Of a stretch of 64,000 nucleotides of DNA, positions 48,687-58,938 are shown piece after piece; the stretch's first letter is position 1; the number at the start of each line of letters is the position of its first letter. The DNA lies in NCBI GenBank assembly GCA_017392945.1, contig JAFOSK010000057.1:13918-77917 (forward strand). Reading direction: 5' to 3'. Below the pieces are notes generated by a model. The model was not told the origin of the DNA, did not search any database, and worked only from the letters and a program-made list of their open reading frames with translations. The stretch comes from Treponema sp. GTDB taxonomy: Bacteria > Spirochaetota > Spirochaetia > Treponematales > Treponemataceae. Position numbers and translations under genes: made by a program.

Positions 48687-50216
48687 ATGATAACTGTAGA
48701 AACAAAAGTCCGGCTGCCATTTTTGTGGGGACGCGCTGTCTTTAAGAAAAGTTGTTGGAATCAGATTAACCTTATTGTAGGTCCTAACGGTTCTGGGAAG
48801 ACGCTTCTTGCAGAAGAAATTTCCCGTCAATTTGAAGAAAACGGCTATAGAGTTGATTTTTTGCGTTCCGAACGCCTCAATCAGGAAGAAATCCTTGCAA
48901 AATTAAAAGAAGATTTTGTGATCCGCGAAAAAATAGAGGAAGTCCTTTCGAATATGTTCGGTAAGACAATCTGCTTTGAAGAAGGTGTGGACGGCAGGTT
49001 TGTTCCGATTGTAGTAAACAAGGCCTGGGGCGTTGAATATAATCTTAAGGAAGGTGAATGTCACGGACTAAAGGAAATACTTACTCTTTTAGTTGCTCTT
49101 TATGGTTTTGGAAACCGCGTGCTTATTCTAGATGAGCCGGAACTTCACTTGCATCCTCAGTTTCAGTCGTTTTTTATGAACGAAATCCGCAAGGCCGTTG
49201 CGCAGAACCCAGAACGTATAATTTTTCTTATTACTCATTCTCCCTATTTTATTGATCTCAGATTTGCAGAAGATCTAGCTGGTGTTATTGTATGTCATGT
49301 AAACAGGGTTCCTACAAGCATTGAGCACATGAGCGAAAAAGATGAAATATTATTCAGGCGTTTTTTGCCGCGGTTCAACACGTATCACAAGCAGTTCTTT
49401 TTTAGCGATAATCAAATTTTTGTTGAAGGATATACTGATCAGCAGATGTTTACAAATCTTTTGGGATGCGTAGACAATCATTATGGTACGGCCGGTACAG
49501 GAGTAATAGATGTTGGTGGAAAAGACGAATTGGGCGTTTTCTTTAAGGTTTGTTCGCTTTTGGGAACTGACGGGCGCATTATAACTGACCTTGATTCACT
49601 TTTTGCCGGAAAATTGAGGGATGTCGTCTGCGAAGATGAACGTCCTGCGGCTTGGCTGGAAAAACAGTTTGAAAAGCAGGCTCCTTTTTATCGTCAGCTT
49701 TTTACAAAGAGGGAATTGGAAAATCCGGTGACCCTGGAAAAACTCATTTTCAAGTTGGAGTCGTATTTGATTACGGTTGGACGTTCGGTCTGCGAAATTG
49801 ATTTTTCAATAAGCCCTGAAATTGATACATTTATAGAAAAATTAAAGGCACTTTATACAAAATACGAAAAACCGGAAGGTCTTGATACCTTTAAGGCTGT
49901 GGTTCTTATGGGAATTCTTAAGCTGGAAAACCGGCTTAAGGATATTCTGCCTATTCCGCTTGCAAGTACGGTTCCGCTTATAATCAATGCGACCTGGCTT
50001 ATTCTTGCGGCCATAGAAACTGCAAGGGTTTATATTCTGCCGATGGGCTGCATAGAGCATTATTATATTCACAGCGACGTTCAGTATATGCCGATCAGCG
50101 GGAAAGACCGTCTTTTTCATAATGAATACGAAGTTATGATGAATGAAGAACAGGCTGAATTAAAGAAAGATTATGAGCCGTTAATCGAAATCCTTAAAAG
50201 AGCATGTTCAAAATAG
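48687..50216 (+). CDS. OLD-family ATP-dependent nuclease (ABC ATPase + TOPRIM)
   Basis: 'GPNGSGKT', 'LILDEPELHLHP', 'ITHSPY'; TOPRIM 'FVEGYTD', 'DVGGK', 'ITDLD'. Confidence 0.85.
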   Translation: MITVETKVRLPFLWGRAVFKKSCWNQINLIVGPNGSGKTLLAEEISRQFEENGYRVDFLRSERLNQEEILAKLKEDFVIREKIEEVLSNMFGKTICFEEGVDGRFVPIVVNKAWGVEYNLKEGECHGLKEILTLLVALYGFGNRVLILDEPELHLHPQFQSFFMNEIRKAVAQNPERIIFLITHSPYFIDLRFAEDLAGVIVCHVNRVPTSIEHMSEKDEILFRRFLPRFNTYHKQFFFSDNQIFVEGYTDQQMFTNLLGCVDNHYGTAGTGVIDVGGKDELGVFFKVCSLLGTDGRIITDLDSLFAGKLRDVVCEDERPAAWLEKQFEKQAPFYRQLFTKRELENPVTLEKLIFKLESYLITVGRSVCEIDFSISPEIDTFIEKLKALYTKYEKPEGLDTFKAVVLMGILKLENRLKDILPIPLASTVPLIINATWLILAAIETARVYILPMGCIEHYYIHSDVQYMPISGKDRLFHNEYEVMMNEEQAELKKDYEPLIEILKRACSK

Positions 50217-50228
50217 AAAAATCATCGT

Positions 50229-53200
50229 TTAACTCGGAACGTGGATTACTTCCCTTGGCTTTGAGCCATTTGCAGGGCCTACTATTCCGCGGGCTTCCAT
50301 TTCTTCTACTAGGCGGGCGGCGCGGTTGTAACCGATTTTAAGGCGTCGCTGAATGTAAGAGGCGCTTGCCTTTCCTGCCTGAATTACGATATCTAGAGCC
50401 TGCTCGTAAAGAGGATCATCTCCATCGCTGAAGAGGTTTGGAGAAGCTTCTTCGTCTTCTTCATCTTCAATAAAGATTTCATCGTCTATATATTCCGGTT
50501 CACCAAGGGTCTTTACATATGTAACGACGTTTTCTACATCGTTGTCGCTTTCAAATGTTCCCTGAATGCGCACCGGATAAGGATCAACGGCACTTGCGTA
50601 GAGCATGTCACCCTTGCCTAGAAGTTTTTCAGCTCCGACAGAATCGATGATGATATTTGAGTCTGTTCGGCTTGAAACCATGAATGCAATTCGGCTAGGA
50701 ATATTTGCCTTGATCAGACCTGTAATTACGTTTACAGACGGTCGCTGTGTTGCAAGAACAAGGTGAATTCCGACTGCTCGGCTCATTGCTGTAAGGCGGG
50801 CAACAATCGATTCAAGGTCGCGTCCGCTTGTTGCCATAAGGTCTGCAAATTCATCAATGATAACAACGATGTAAGGCAGTTTTTCTGTGGCAATATGACG
50901 TTCTTCAATTCGTTTGTTGTAGTTGGAAATGTCGCGTACACCCATTCCGTCAAGAAGTGCATATCGGCGTTCCATTTCGCAAAGGCAGTATTGAAGTGCC
51001 TGAAGAGCTTTCTTAGGCTCTGTGATTACAGGAGTCAGAAGGTGTGGAATATCATTGTAGAGTTTAAGTTCAACAACTTTTGGATCTACAAGAATCATCT
51101 TTACTTCTCTAGGTGAGCGCTTGTAAAGAATAGAAAGAATGAGCGAGTTTACACAAACGGATTTTCCGGCGCCAGTTGCACCAGCAATCAAAAGGTGAGG
51201 TGTTTTGGCAATATCGATTATCTGAGATTTTCCCAGAATGTCTTTTCCGAGGATTACAGGAACTGCCATTTTCTTGAATTCAGGGAGATCCTGCTCTATC
51301 ATTTCACGGAAAGATACGATTGAACGCTTTTTGTTCGGAATTTCAATTCCGACTGCAGCTTTTCCCGGAATTGGAGCAACTATTCGTACGCTTGAAGCGG
51401 CAAGGCTGAGCGCAATGTTATCCTGAAGCGATACGATTTTGCTGAGTTTAACGCCAGGAGCAGGTGCAAGTTCGAACATTGTAACTACAGGGCCTTTTTT
51501 AATGCCGATTACTTCTGCTTCAATTCCAAACTGATTGAGAGTGTCCTTAAGCTTTACTGCATCATTTTTTGTCTGATCGTCAATGATCCAGTACTGGTCA
51601 TCTTCGTACTGTTCAAGAAGATCTGTAGGAACAATGTACGGCTTTTTAGGTTTTGCCCTGTTGCCGAGTGGTTTTGGTTCAGTGGCAACTGTTGTGCGTG
51701 CCGGCGGTTCGGCTGTCTCTATGCCGGACATTGTGCTTGCGCTTTCAGAATCAGCCAGGCCACCATTGTCTGAATCTGCGGATTCCGGTGCAGAAGGATT
51801 CATTGCGGCATCGTATTCCGGCTGGGCAAAGCGGGAAGGCTTTTTGCCGGATTCAATCTGCTCGCGGGCGTCTTCTTCCATGTCCGCAAAAATGTCGGAA
51901 GCGATGTTGAAGGTGGAACTGGTTCGGCCGAAATCATCTTCATCAGAATCGCTGAATTCGGATTCTTCTGAAGCGGCTTCTGTTTCGTCAGAAGTTTCAG
52001 AATCTTCTTCTGCGCTTTCTGATTCCGCAAAATGTCCGTCAAAATCGTCGTCATCTTCCTGGGCGTCTACCATATCGTCAAGGAATGAACGTTTCTGTTC
52101 AATTGAACTGTCTGCGTTAACTTTATCTGCAAGAAGCTCGTCTTCTAATGCCTGCATTTTAAGGATCTCATCGTTTTTAAGGCGATCTTCTTCAGTTTCT
52201 GAGTCATAATCAGAATCTTCATCCTTTTCAAAATCAATGTCCTGATCATTCTCTACTTCTTCAATTTCATCTGCCGGCTCTTCTTCGTTCATGTCGATAT
52301 CAAAGAAATCCGGATCTAGAGAATTTTCAGTTTTTTTTTGCGTTTTTGTATCTATATATTCTGAATCAGAATACGGATTCTCTGAATTATCAAAATAACC
52401 ATCTGAATTATATGATTCTGAGCTTTCAGAAATTGTTTCATCAAAGCCGAATTCACTGTAAGGATCATCAGAATTGATAGGTTTGCGTGCCTCTGGAATT
52501 GCAGGTGTATCGAAAATATCAGATTGAGATTCTCCAGTGGTTTCATCCGCGTTTTCTGTGTTCAGTTCTGTAAAATCTACAGAATCTGTTTCTTCTGCTT
52601 TTTCTTCAGAAAAAGGTTCGGCCTGAGAGTCTTGTTCTGATTCAGTTATTCCGCTTTCTTCTTCTGCTTCTTCACCTAAAAGTGATTCTTCCTCTGATTT
52701 TGTTATTCCTGCCTGAGAAATAATTTCGTCAGTAGACGGCCATTCAATCTGCTCTTCTTCCGGCAGGTTGACCGATGAATCTTTATCATTGGAATCGCCT
52801 GCGATAAGTTCTTCGTTCAGCTTATTAAGTGCTGCGTATTCTTCTTTAGAAAGCAGCGGTTCCTGCGGGGTTTCTGCTTTTTCAGAATTTTCATCTATAC
52901 CATTGTTTTCTTTTACAGGTTCGTCAAATACATGCTCAAAAGGGTCTGGTTCTGCCGTTGTTGATTCTACCGCAATTCCAGTATCTGCTCTGGCTGCGGT
53001 TTGAATGCTGTCATTAGCAGGTTCTTCGATTCCGGCATCTTTGTTTTCAATCATTTTGGTATCAGATGGAATTTCATCTGGAAGTTCGTTTCTGTTTATT
53101 TTATTTTCATGTTCGGGTGTTTCTTGCTGCAATGTTGTGGCTGTCTTTAAATCCTCAGACGTTATGAAGTCGTCCTGTTGAAAGTCTTCGTTTTCATAAT

Positions 53201-53684
53201 TGCTGTGACCGGCAGATTTGTCGCTATGGAACAATTTATCGTTTACGCGGTCTGCAAGAATTCCGGCTGCAAGAATTTCAATGGCAGCAAGAAATCCGCC
53301 TATTGCAACAGTCAGCACGATTTTTATGCTTGTAAATTCATCTGGGTATTCAAGCATTGCCCGGCATATTTTTTCTATAATTGCGGAAGTAAAGAATGGT
53401 ACAATGGCTGTAAGAAGTCTCATTGATTTTCTTGCAGTCCAGCGAGAAGCAAAACAAGAAATTCCAGCAATAAAAAGAAATACCGGAATCAATATGCTCG
53501 AAAATCCGTACACGGAAAAAAGAATGTTGCCCAAATGAAAGGCTGCTGTATATAGAGAAGAACTGCTTCCCGGACCGTAAGAACCAAAGTCCATTGGAAG
53601 TAAAGCTAATGCAATCGAAAAGAATGCTGCTCCGAGTAATAATATAGATCCAGTTACAATGTTTGGTTTATTCGATAGTCTCAT
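50229..53684 (-). CDS. ftsK: DNA translocase FtsK
   Basis: N-terminal TM helices, long acidic linker, 'PHLLIAGATGAGKSV', 'IIDEFADLM', 'LATQRP', gamma domain 'IQRRLKIGYNRAAR'. Confidence 0.97.
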   Translation of the reverse strand: MRLSNKPNIVTGSILLLGAAFFSIALALLPMDFGSYGPGSSSSLYTAAFHLGNILFSVYGFSSILIPVFLFIAGISCFASRWTARKSMRLLTAIVPFFTSAIIEKICRAMLEYPDEFTSIKIVLTVAIGGFLAAIEILAAGILADRVNDKLFHSDKSAGHSNYENEDFQQDDFITSEDLKTATTLQQETPEHENKINRNELPDEIPSDTKMIENKDAGIEEPANDSIQTAARADTGIAVESTTAEPDPFEHVFDEPVKENNGIDENSEKAETPQEPLLSKEEYAALNKLNEELIAGDSNDKDSSVNLPEEEQIEWPSTDEIISQAGITKSEEESLLGEEAEEESGITESEQDSQAEPFSEEKAEETDSVDFTELNTENADETTGESQSDIFDTPAIPEARKPINSDDPYSEFGFDETISESSESYNSDGYFDNSENPYSDSEYIDTKTQKKTENSLDPDFFDIDMNEEEPADEIEEVENDQDIDFEKDEDSDYDSETEEDRLKNDEILKMQALEDELLADKVNADSSIEQKRSFLDDMVDAQEDDDDFDGHFAESESAEEDSETSDETEAASEESEFSDSDEDDFGRTSSTFNIASDIFADMEEDAREQIESGKKPSRFAQPEYDAAMNPSAPESADSDNGGLADSESASTMSGIETAEPPARTTVATEPKPLGNRAKPKKPYIVPTDLLEQYEDDQYWIIDDQTKNDAVKLKDTLNQFGIEAEVIGIKKGPVVTMFELAPAPGVKLSKIVSLQDNIALSLAASSVRIVAPIPGKAAVGIEIPNKKRSIVSFREMIEQDLPEFKKMAVPVILGKDILGKSQIIDIAKTPHLLIAGATGAGKSVCVNSLILSILYKRSPREVKMILVDPKVVELKLYNDIPHLLTPVITEPKKALQALQYCLCEMERRYALLDGMGVRDISNYNKRIEERHIATEKLPYIVVIIDEFADLMATSGRDLESIVARLTAMSRAVGIHLVLATQRPSVNVITGLIKANIPSRIAFMVSSRTDSNIIIDSVGAEKLLGKGDMLYASAVDPYPVRIQGTFESDNDVENVVTYVKTLGEPEYIDDEIFIEDEEDEEASPNLFSDGDDPLYEQALDIVIQAGKASASYIQRRLKIGYNRAARLVEEMEARGIVGPANGSKPREVIHVPS

Positions 53685-53803
53685 AATTCACTTATCGGAA
53701 TATAAAAAAAACTTTTTAGAAAAAAATTCAAAAGCCGAAAATATAAGAGTGGGGTAAAATCCTGTTTTTTTTTGCACAGGGCCCGTATTTTCAGGAGGAG
53801 CAT

Positions 53804-55231
53804 GTGAAGAAAATCTTTTCTGTTTTCTTTAGTTTTATGACCATTTTTGTGGCATCTTATGCAGATGAGGTGCAATTCCGTTATAACGGAGGACGAAACT
53901 ATTCTTTGGTAGAACGCACAGATTTAAGACGATATGAAAATAATCGTTATACAGGGCTTTTAAACCGCGAGGTAAGGTCTTTTATTTCAAATGATGGTGA
54001 ACTTTATGAAGGAAGTTTTTATGTTTCTCAAGATACGGTCAGGGCTTCCGCAATTGTAGGTGACATGATTCATGATTCCATTCCGTCTCGGTTCAGAATT
54101 TCTTCGGAGGGAATTCTAACTATGATAGAAGATCACGGTTATCCTTCATTCAGAAGTTTTCCTGCTTTTACGGCAAATAAAATCCGACTTGGGGATTCCT
54201 GGCAGGCTCAAGCTGTACGTGCGGTAGATCCGCTTAATAAGGGAATTGTAACAAAAATTCCGATGTACGTTCAGTATACATATACCGGTGACGAAACAGT
54301 GCGCGGCGAAGAAGTTTATGTTGTAAGTGCAAGATGGGCTACACGGTACGGTGCTAATCTTTACATGGATTTCGGAGGTGACCGCGATCTAAAACAAGCA
54401 ATGGGAAAGCACGAGGCTACTATGTATATCAGCAAGGTGACTGGTAATGCCATTGTTGTGCGTGATTCTGTTGATGAAACTTTTGTATATATTGACGGAA
54501 GAAATATTTCGTTCAGGGGTACAATTTCTCTGTTTACAGAATATCCTCCGGCGGTAGATAGAAGCAGAATAATCCGTGCGCTTCAGAGAGTTGCTGCAAT
54601 TTCTGATGAAGAAGCAGAGTTACTGACAAAAAAAGTGACTCCTGAACCGTTGCCCCTTGCAGGAAAATCGGTTGTTGCCGAAGTCCGCAGGCCGGGAAAT
54701 AATGAAAATGAGGCACGACATTCTGGCAGTTTTGAAAAGAGCGGTTATAATGGTAAACGCAGGGACAGCGCAGAAATTGCTTCTGGCCTGAACAGGGGTG
54801 TGAGCGCCGTGGACGGCAGAAACGCTGGGACTGTTGGAAAGGGGCAGAAGACCGCTGAAAGACCGATTAAGGTTGAAAATACGCCGGCCGGAATCAGGCT
54901 TACGGTGCAGAATCTTCAGTTTAAGCCGGACAGTGCGGAACTGCTTCCGGGTGAAAAATCCCGTCTTGATCAGATTGCATCGGTTTTGAGGGAGACTCCG
55001 CAGTCGCAGTTTCTAGTAGAAGGTCATACTGCTGCTACTGGAAATGAGCGCGGAGAAATGACCCTTTCTGCACAGCGAGCTCACTCAATAGCAAAAGAAC
55101 TTGCAGCCCGCGGTATTCCTTCGGAAAAATTTATCTGTAAAGGAAGCGGATCTCATAAACCGATAGCAGACAACAGTACTCAAGAAGGTAAAGCTGCAAA
55201 CCGCCGCGTAGAAATTACGATTTTGGAATAA
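53804..55231 (+). CDS. OmpA-family C-terminal domain protein (exported)
   Basis: Signal peptide; 'QFKPDSAEL', 'VEGHTA', 'LSAQRA', 'NRRVEI'. GTG start after AGGAGG. Confidence 0.88.
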   Translation: MKKIFSVFFSFMTIFVASYADEVQFRYNGGRNYSLVERTDLRRYENNRYTGLLNREVRSFISNDGELYEGSFYVSQDTVRASAIVGDMIHDSIPSRFRISSEGILTMIEDHGYPSFRSFPAFTANKIRLGDSWQAQAVRAVDPLNKGIVTKIPMYVQYTYTGDETVRGEEVYVVSARWATRYGANLYMDFGGDRDLKQAMGKHEATMYISKVTGNAIVVRDSVDETFVYIDGRNISFRGTISLFTEYPPAVDRSRIIRALQRVAAISDEEAELLTKKVTPEPLPLAGKSVVAEVRRPGNNENEARHSGSFEKSGYNGKRRDSAEIASGLNRGVSAVDGRNAGTVGKGQKTAERPIKVENTPAGIRLTVQNLQFKPDSAELLPGEKSRLDQIASVLRETPQSQFLVEGHTAATGNERGEMTLSAQRAHSIAKELAARGIPSEKFICKGSGSHKPIADNSTQEGKAANRRVEITILE

Positions 55232-55244
55232 AAGGGGAAGATGT

Positions 55245-56153
55245 ATGAATGTACACATTATTGAAATGCCTCTGGATTTTGGTGCAAGTCGTCATGGTTC
55301 TGATATGGGGCCAAGTGCAATCCGGCTTGCCGGAATTCGTCGGCGCATTGAAGGGCTTGGACATACAGTTTCAAAATATGATTGTCCGATTCAGATAGAT
55401 TCAGCTGCGTATGAGAGAGCTGGTAATCCAAAGGCAAAATACCTTGAACCGATTGTTGAAGCAACCACCGCACTTGCAGAAGAAGTTTGTGACGCAGCGG
55501 GGTGCGGGGCGTTTCCTTTGGTTTTAGGGGGAGACCATTCGGTTGCGTTGGGAAGTCTTGCCGGGATGGGCGCATTTGCAAAAATGAATAAGAAAAAGCT
55601 GGGCGTGCTTTATGTAGATGCCCACGGCGATTTTAATACACCCGAAACGACACCGACCGGCAACATTCATGGAGAATGCCTTGCCGCAAGTTGCGGTTAT
55701 GGACTACCGGAGCTGACAAATCTTTATTATGAAGGAACAAAGGTTGATCCTAAGAATGTATGCTTTGTAGGCTGCCGCGATCTGGATCCCGGCGAAAAAG
55801 AGGTAATGAGGCAAGCCGGCGTAACAGTATTTACAATGAGCGATATAGACCGCTATGGTTTTTCTGCAATACTTAAGAAGGTTATAGTTTTCTTTAAAAG
55901 CCGTGTTGATATTGTTCACGTAAGTTTTGACATGGATGTTCTTGATCCTATGTTTGCACCGGGAACTGGTATTCCTTTGCCGGCGGGACTTAGCAACCGC
56001 GAAGCTCTCCTGCTTATGGAAGAAATGGCTGAAACCAAAATGGTAAGGTCTGCGGAAATAGTAGAAGTAAATCCTGTGCTGGATATACGCAATCAGACTG
56101 CAATTCTTGCCGTGGAGCTTGCCGCGCGTCTTTTAGGGGACAAGATTTACTAG
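55245..56153 (+). CDS. rocF: Arginase
   Basis: 'GGDHS', 'DAHGDFNTP.T..TGNIHG', 'SFDMDVLDP', 'EVNP'. Confidence 0.93.
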   Translation: MNVHIIEMPLDFGASRHGSDMGPSAIRLAGIRRRIEGLGHTVSKYDCPIQIDSAAYERAGNPKAKYLEPIVEATTALAEEVCDAAGCGAFPLVLGGDHSVALGSLAGMGAFAKMNKKKLGVLYVDAHGDFNTPETTPTGNIHGECLAASCGYGLPELTNLYYEGTKVDPKNVCFVGCRDLDPGEKEVMRQAGVTVFTMSDIDRYGFSAILKKVIVFFKSRVDIVHVSFDMDVLDPMFAPGTGIPLPAGLSNREALLLMEEMAETKMVRSAEIVEVNPVLDIRNQTAILAVELAARLLGDKIY

Positions 56154-56183
56154 GCGGAATAGCGAATTAATTGTTCTGAAATG

Positions 56184-56339
56184 TAAAAAATAGCTCCCAG
56201 TCGAAAAACTGTTTTCAAAACCGCACGCTAGCGTGCTACACGCTGTTTATGGCATAGGAACTATAAACTCTGCCGCTAACGCGGCATCCATAAACAGAGT
56301 GTTTTTGAAAGCAGTTTTCCTCCTTCGCGCTATTTTTTA
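56184..56339 (-). repeat. Structured dispersed repeat, copy B (inverted relative to copy A)
   Basis: Terminal IR TAAAAAATAGC/GCTATTTTTTA; its reverse complement aligns with 48472-48623. Confidence 0.8.
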
Positions 56340-56375
56340 ATTGATTCCCCGAAATTCACCATTCTGTCTCGCTGC

Positions 56376-57119
56376 CTATACCCCAAAAATTTCGTTTCGA
56401 TGCTGTATGCCCAGTGCGTGCACGGCTTCATGCAGTGAACTAAAACTGCTTCTACCCATAAAAGCCTTAAGATCAATAGAAAAACGGTTCATTGAAAAAT
56501 GCTGGAATACAAGCAGCTTGTTCAGAATGCCCAGCCTTGTGCAGCGTTCTTTTAATTCATCGCGGTAAACATAAAAAAGTCCCTTTGTTTTTAAGTCGTT
56601 GTAACCTACTAACCAGATCTCTGCGCCAAGAACAGCCGCTATTTCAGCGGTTTTTTCTGCCATCCAAAGTTGAGTTTCTTCCAGAAGCTTTTCTGCGACA
56701 AACCCGCCGGCTTTTTTAATATATTTAAGCTGGGCCGTTTTTGCAGAATGAACAGGCGTTTTATTCAAGATGATTGCATTGCGGCGGAAGTCTATACCCA
56801 GTTCAGGATTCTTTCTGAAAAATCCTTCGCCGATCTTTCCGGCCTGGCCGACAAGATATTTTCTGTTTTTCAACAGCTGCTCGTTTTTGCCAGGATTGTC
56901 TCCAATTACAATAATCTTTATTTCATCATTCTGAGTAATGAAGTCCAGTGCAGTATTGTATACTACCGGAGTTTCGATATTGTACGATGGAGTTTTTGCT
57001 GCATCAGCCGCTGATTTCTGAAGTTCGGCAAGGTTCGAAACTGCCCCGCTCCATACAGAAATCATATTTTTAAAATCATTTCTGAATGCATCAAATGCAA
57101 GAAACTGTTTTTCTGTCAT
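56376..57119 (-). CDS. Uracil-DNA glycosylase superfamily-like protein
   Basis: 'IVIGDNPGKNE....YLVGQAG' resembles UDG motif A; 'ILN'; 'FQHFS' resembles motif B (HPS). Confidence 0.55.
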   Translation of the reverse strand: MTEKQFLAFDAFRNDFKNMISVWSGAVSNLAELQKSAADAAKTPSYNIETPVVYNTALDFITQNDEIKIIVIGDNPGKNEQLLKNRKYLVGQAGKIGEGFFRKNPELGIDFRRNAIILNKTPVHSAKTAQLKYIKKAGGFVAEKLLEETQLWMAEKTAEIAAVLGAEIWLVGYNDLKTKGLFYVYRDELKERCTRLGILNKLLVFQHFSMNRFSIDLKAFMGRSSFSSLHEAVHALGIQHRNEIFGV

Positions 57120-58024
57120 TTCATAAGTCCTTTCCAGTCAGTGGAGTGCAGAATATCGCTTACGGCTGCCCAGATTCTTCTGGTGTTTTGTGTTCCGAAA
57201 GCTTCGCTTCTTCGTATAAATCCGATGTCGTAATATCCCATTATATTTCCGGCTGGATGAATTGTAAACGTATTCTGGTAACGGCCGCTTTCCAGAACAA
57301 TCTGCGGAACAAGCCCTATTCCCAAGCCAAGCTGAGCAAGTGCAAGGATGGCTTCGTTTCCTTCTGTTTCAGCGGCAATTACAGGTTTTACGTTACGGCT
57401 TTTTGTCCATTCGTCAAAGCGGCGGCGGGCAAGTCCTGTTTTTGGCAGAATCAACGGAACCGAAGAAATTATATCTTGTGGCGAGCCGGTTACATTAAAA
57501 TTTGAATCATTTTTTGCAGCAAAAATCAGCGGACTTCTTTTAAGGCTGATCGTTTCCATGTAAGAAAGTCCGTCCTCTGGAATTGCGGCAACAGCAAGGC
57601 TTGCCCGTCCTTCTCTTACAGCCGGAATAGCACCTGCCGGATCGCCGGTTTCTATAGCAAGTTGAATTCCAGGATATTTTTCCGAGAGTTTTTTGATAAA
57701 AAGTGGTAAAATAACATAACAGGCAGTTACAGATGCATAGACATGCAAGGTACCAGAAATCTTGTTTCTGTCGCCCTTAAAGGAAGCCTGCATGTCTGAA
57801 TGACGTTCCAGAGTTTCTTTTGCAAATTCTGCAAATAATTTTCCGTTCGGAGTGAGCTCAACTTTTCGGTTTGAACGGTCAAGAAGTTCAGTCCCGTTTT
57901 CTTCTTCCAGTCGGGAGATAATGCGGCTGAGCGCAGAAGGACTTATATTGATTTCTTCTGCTGTTTTTGCGAAGTGAAGGGTTCTGCTTAATGTTACAAA
58001 GGCTTTTAATTCGTAAAGATTCAT
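57116..58024 (-). CDS. ilvY: LysR-family transcriptional regulator (IlvY-like)
   Basis: 'LHFAKTA....SPSALSR.I.RLEE', 'YASVTACY', 'ETGD', 'GNEAI...LGLGIGLVP'. Confidence 0.8.
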   Translation of the reverse strand: MNLYELKAFVTLSRTLHFAKTAEEINISPSALSRIISRLEEENGTELLDRSNRKVELTPNGKLFAEFAKETLERHSDMQASFKGDRNKISGTLHVYASVTACYVILPLFIKKLSEKYPGIQLAIETGDPAGAIPAVREGRASLAVAAIPEDGLSYMETISLKRSPLIFAAKNDSNFNVTGSPQDIISSVPLILPKTGLARRRFDEWTKSRNVKPVIAAETEGNEAILALAQLGLGIGLVPQIVLESGRYQNTFTIHPAGNIMGYYDIGFIRRSEAFGTQNTRRIWAAVSDILHSTDWKGLMK

Positions 58025-58086
58025 TGCTTTTCTGCCGATATACTATCATATAGAAAGACTTTTTGACAAATCTGGAGGATTTGGAA

Positions 58087-58914
58087 ATGAAAAAAATTGT
58101 TGGATTTTTGCTTACTTTTGCGCTTGGATTTGCTGCATTTGCCTATGATGTTACAGCGGACTATCAGATTAAAGGAAATGCAAAGACCGTAACAAGAATT
58201 GATTATGAAATCTCTTCTAAATTTGGTGAATATTTCAGAACTCCAAATTCAAAAGTTGTTTACAAATATGATGCTCGCGGAAAACTTATTGAATCATCTG
58301 CTTTCAATGCAAAAGACGTGCTTCTTAATAAAATTACAAATGTATATAATGATGATGGCCTTCTTTTGGAGCAGTCAGGGTATGATTCAGAATCAGTTCT
58401 TTCATGGAAGGCTGTGATTACTTATAAGAATGGAAAGAAAACAGATGTTTCAGAATACGGTGCAGACGGTTCTATCAGAAATAAGGTTATTTACAATTAT
58501 GATGGAAACAATCTTTCTGATGAAACTGTTTATAATTCAGACGGTGCTCTTGTTGGAAAATTAATCTACAAATATGAAGGCGGAAAACTTGCCCGCGAAT
58601 ACGAATATTTTGCAGACGGAAGCCTTGATACAGAAAAGCAGTATACGTATACATCATCTGGTAAAAAAGACAGTATCGTAACTATAAAAGCGGACGGAGA
58701 AATTGCAAAAAAAGAAGTATTCCGCTATGGGGCAAATGATATTCTTTCTGAAATTACTACTTACAGTGCGGACAATAAGACAGAAAGCCGTATGATTATA
58801 AAATTCGATGAAAAAGGAAATTTCAAGAAGATGACTAACTACACAGTTGCTAATAAATTTGGTACAACTGTAAATGAAATGTCAGCAATGACAGAAGTTT
58901 CTTACGAATACTAA
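58087..58914 (+). CDS. Exported YD-like repeat protein
   Basis: Signal peptide; recurring 'Y.YD..G.L.E...Y..DG' units. Confidence 0.7.
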   Translation: MKKIVGFLLTFALGFAAFAYDVTADYQIKGNAKTVTRIDYEISSKFGEYFRTPNSKVVYKYDARGKLIESSAFNAKDVLLNKITNVYNDDGLLLEQSGYDSESVLSWKAVITYKNGKKTDVSEYGADGSIRNKVIYNYDGNNLSDETVYNSDGALVGKLIYKYEGGKLAREYEYFADGSLDTEKQYTYTSSGKKDSIVTIKADGEIAKKEVFRYGANDILSEITTYSADNKTESRMIIKFDEKGNFKKMTNYTVANKFGTTVNEMSAMTEVSYEY

Positions 58915-58938
58915 GCGTAATTCATAAGCGAGGTTAAC

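Noticed and set aside
58087-58914. Rhs toxin
   Set aside because: Short and signal-peptide-bearing; no Rhs core end motif, toxin tip or immunity gene.
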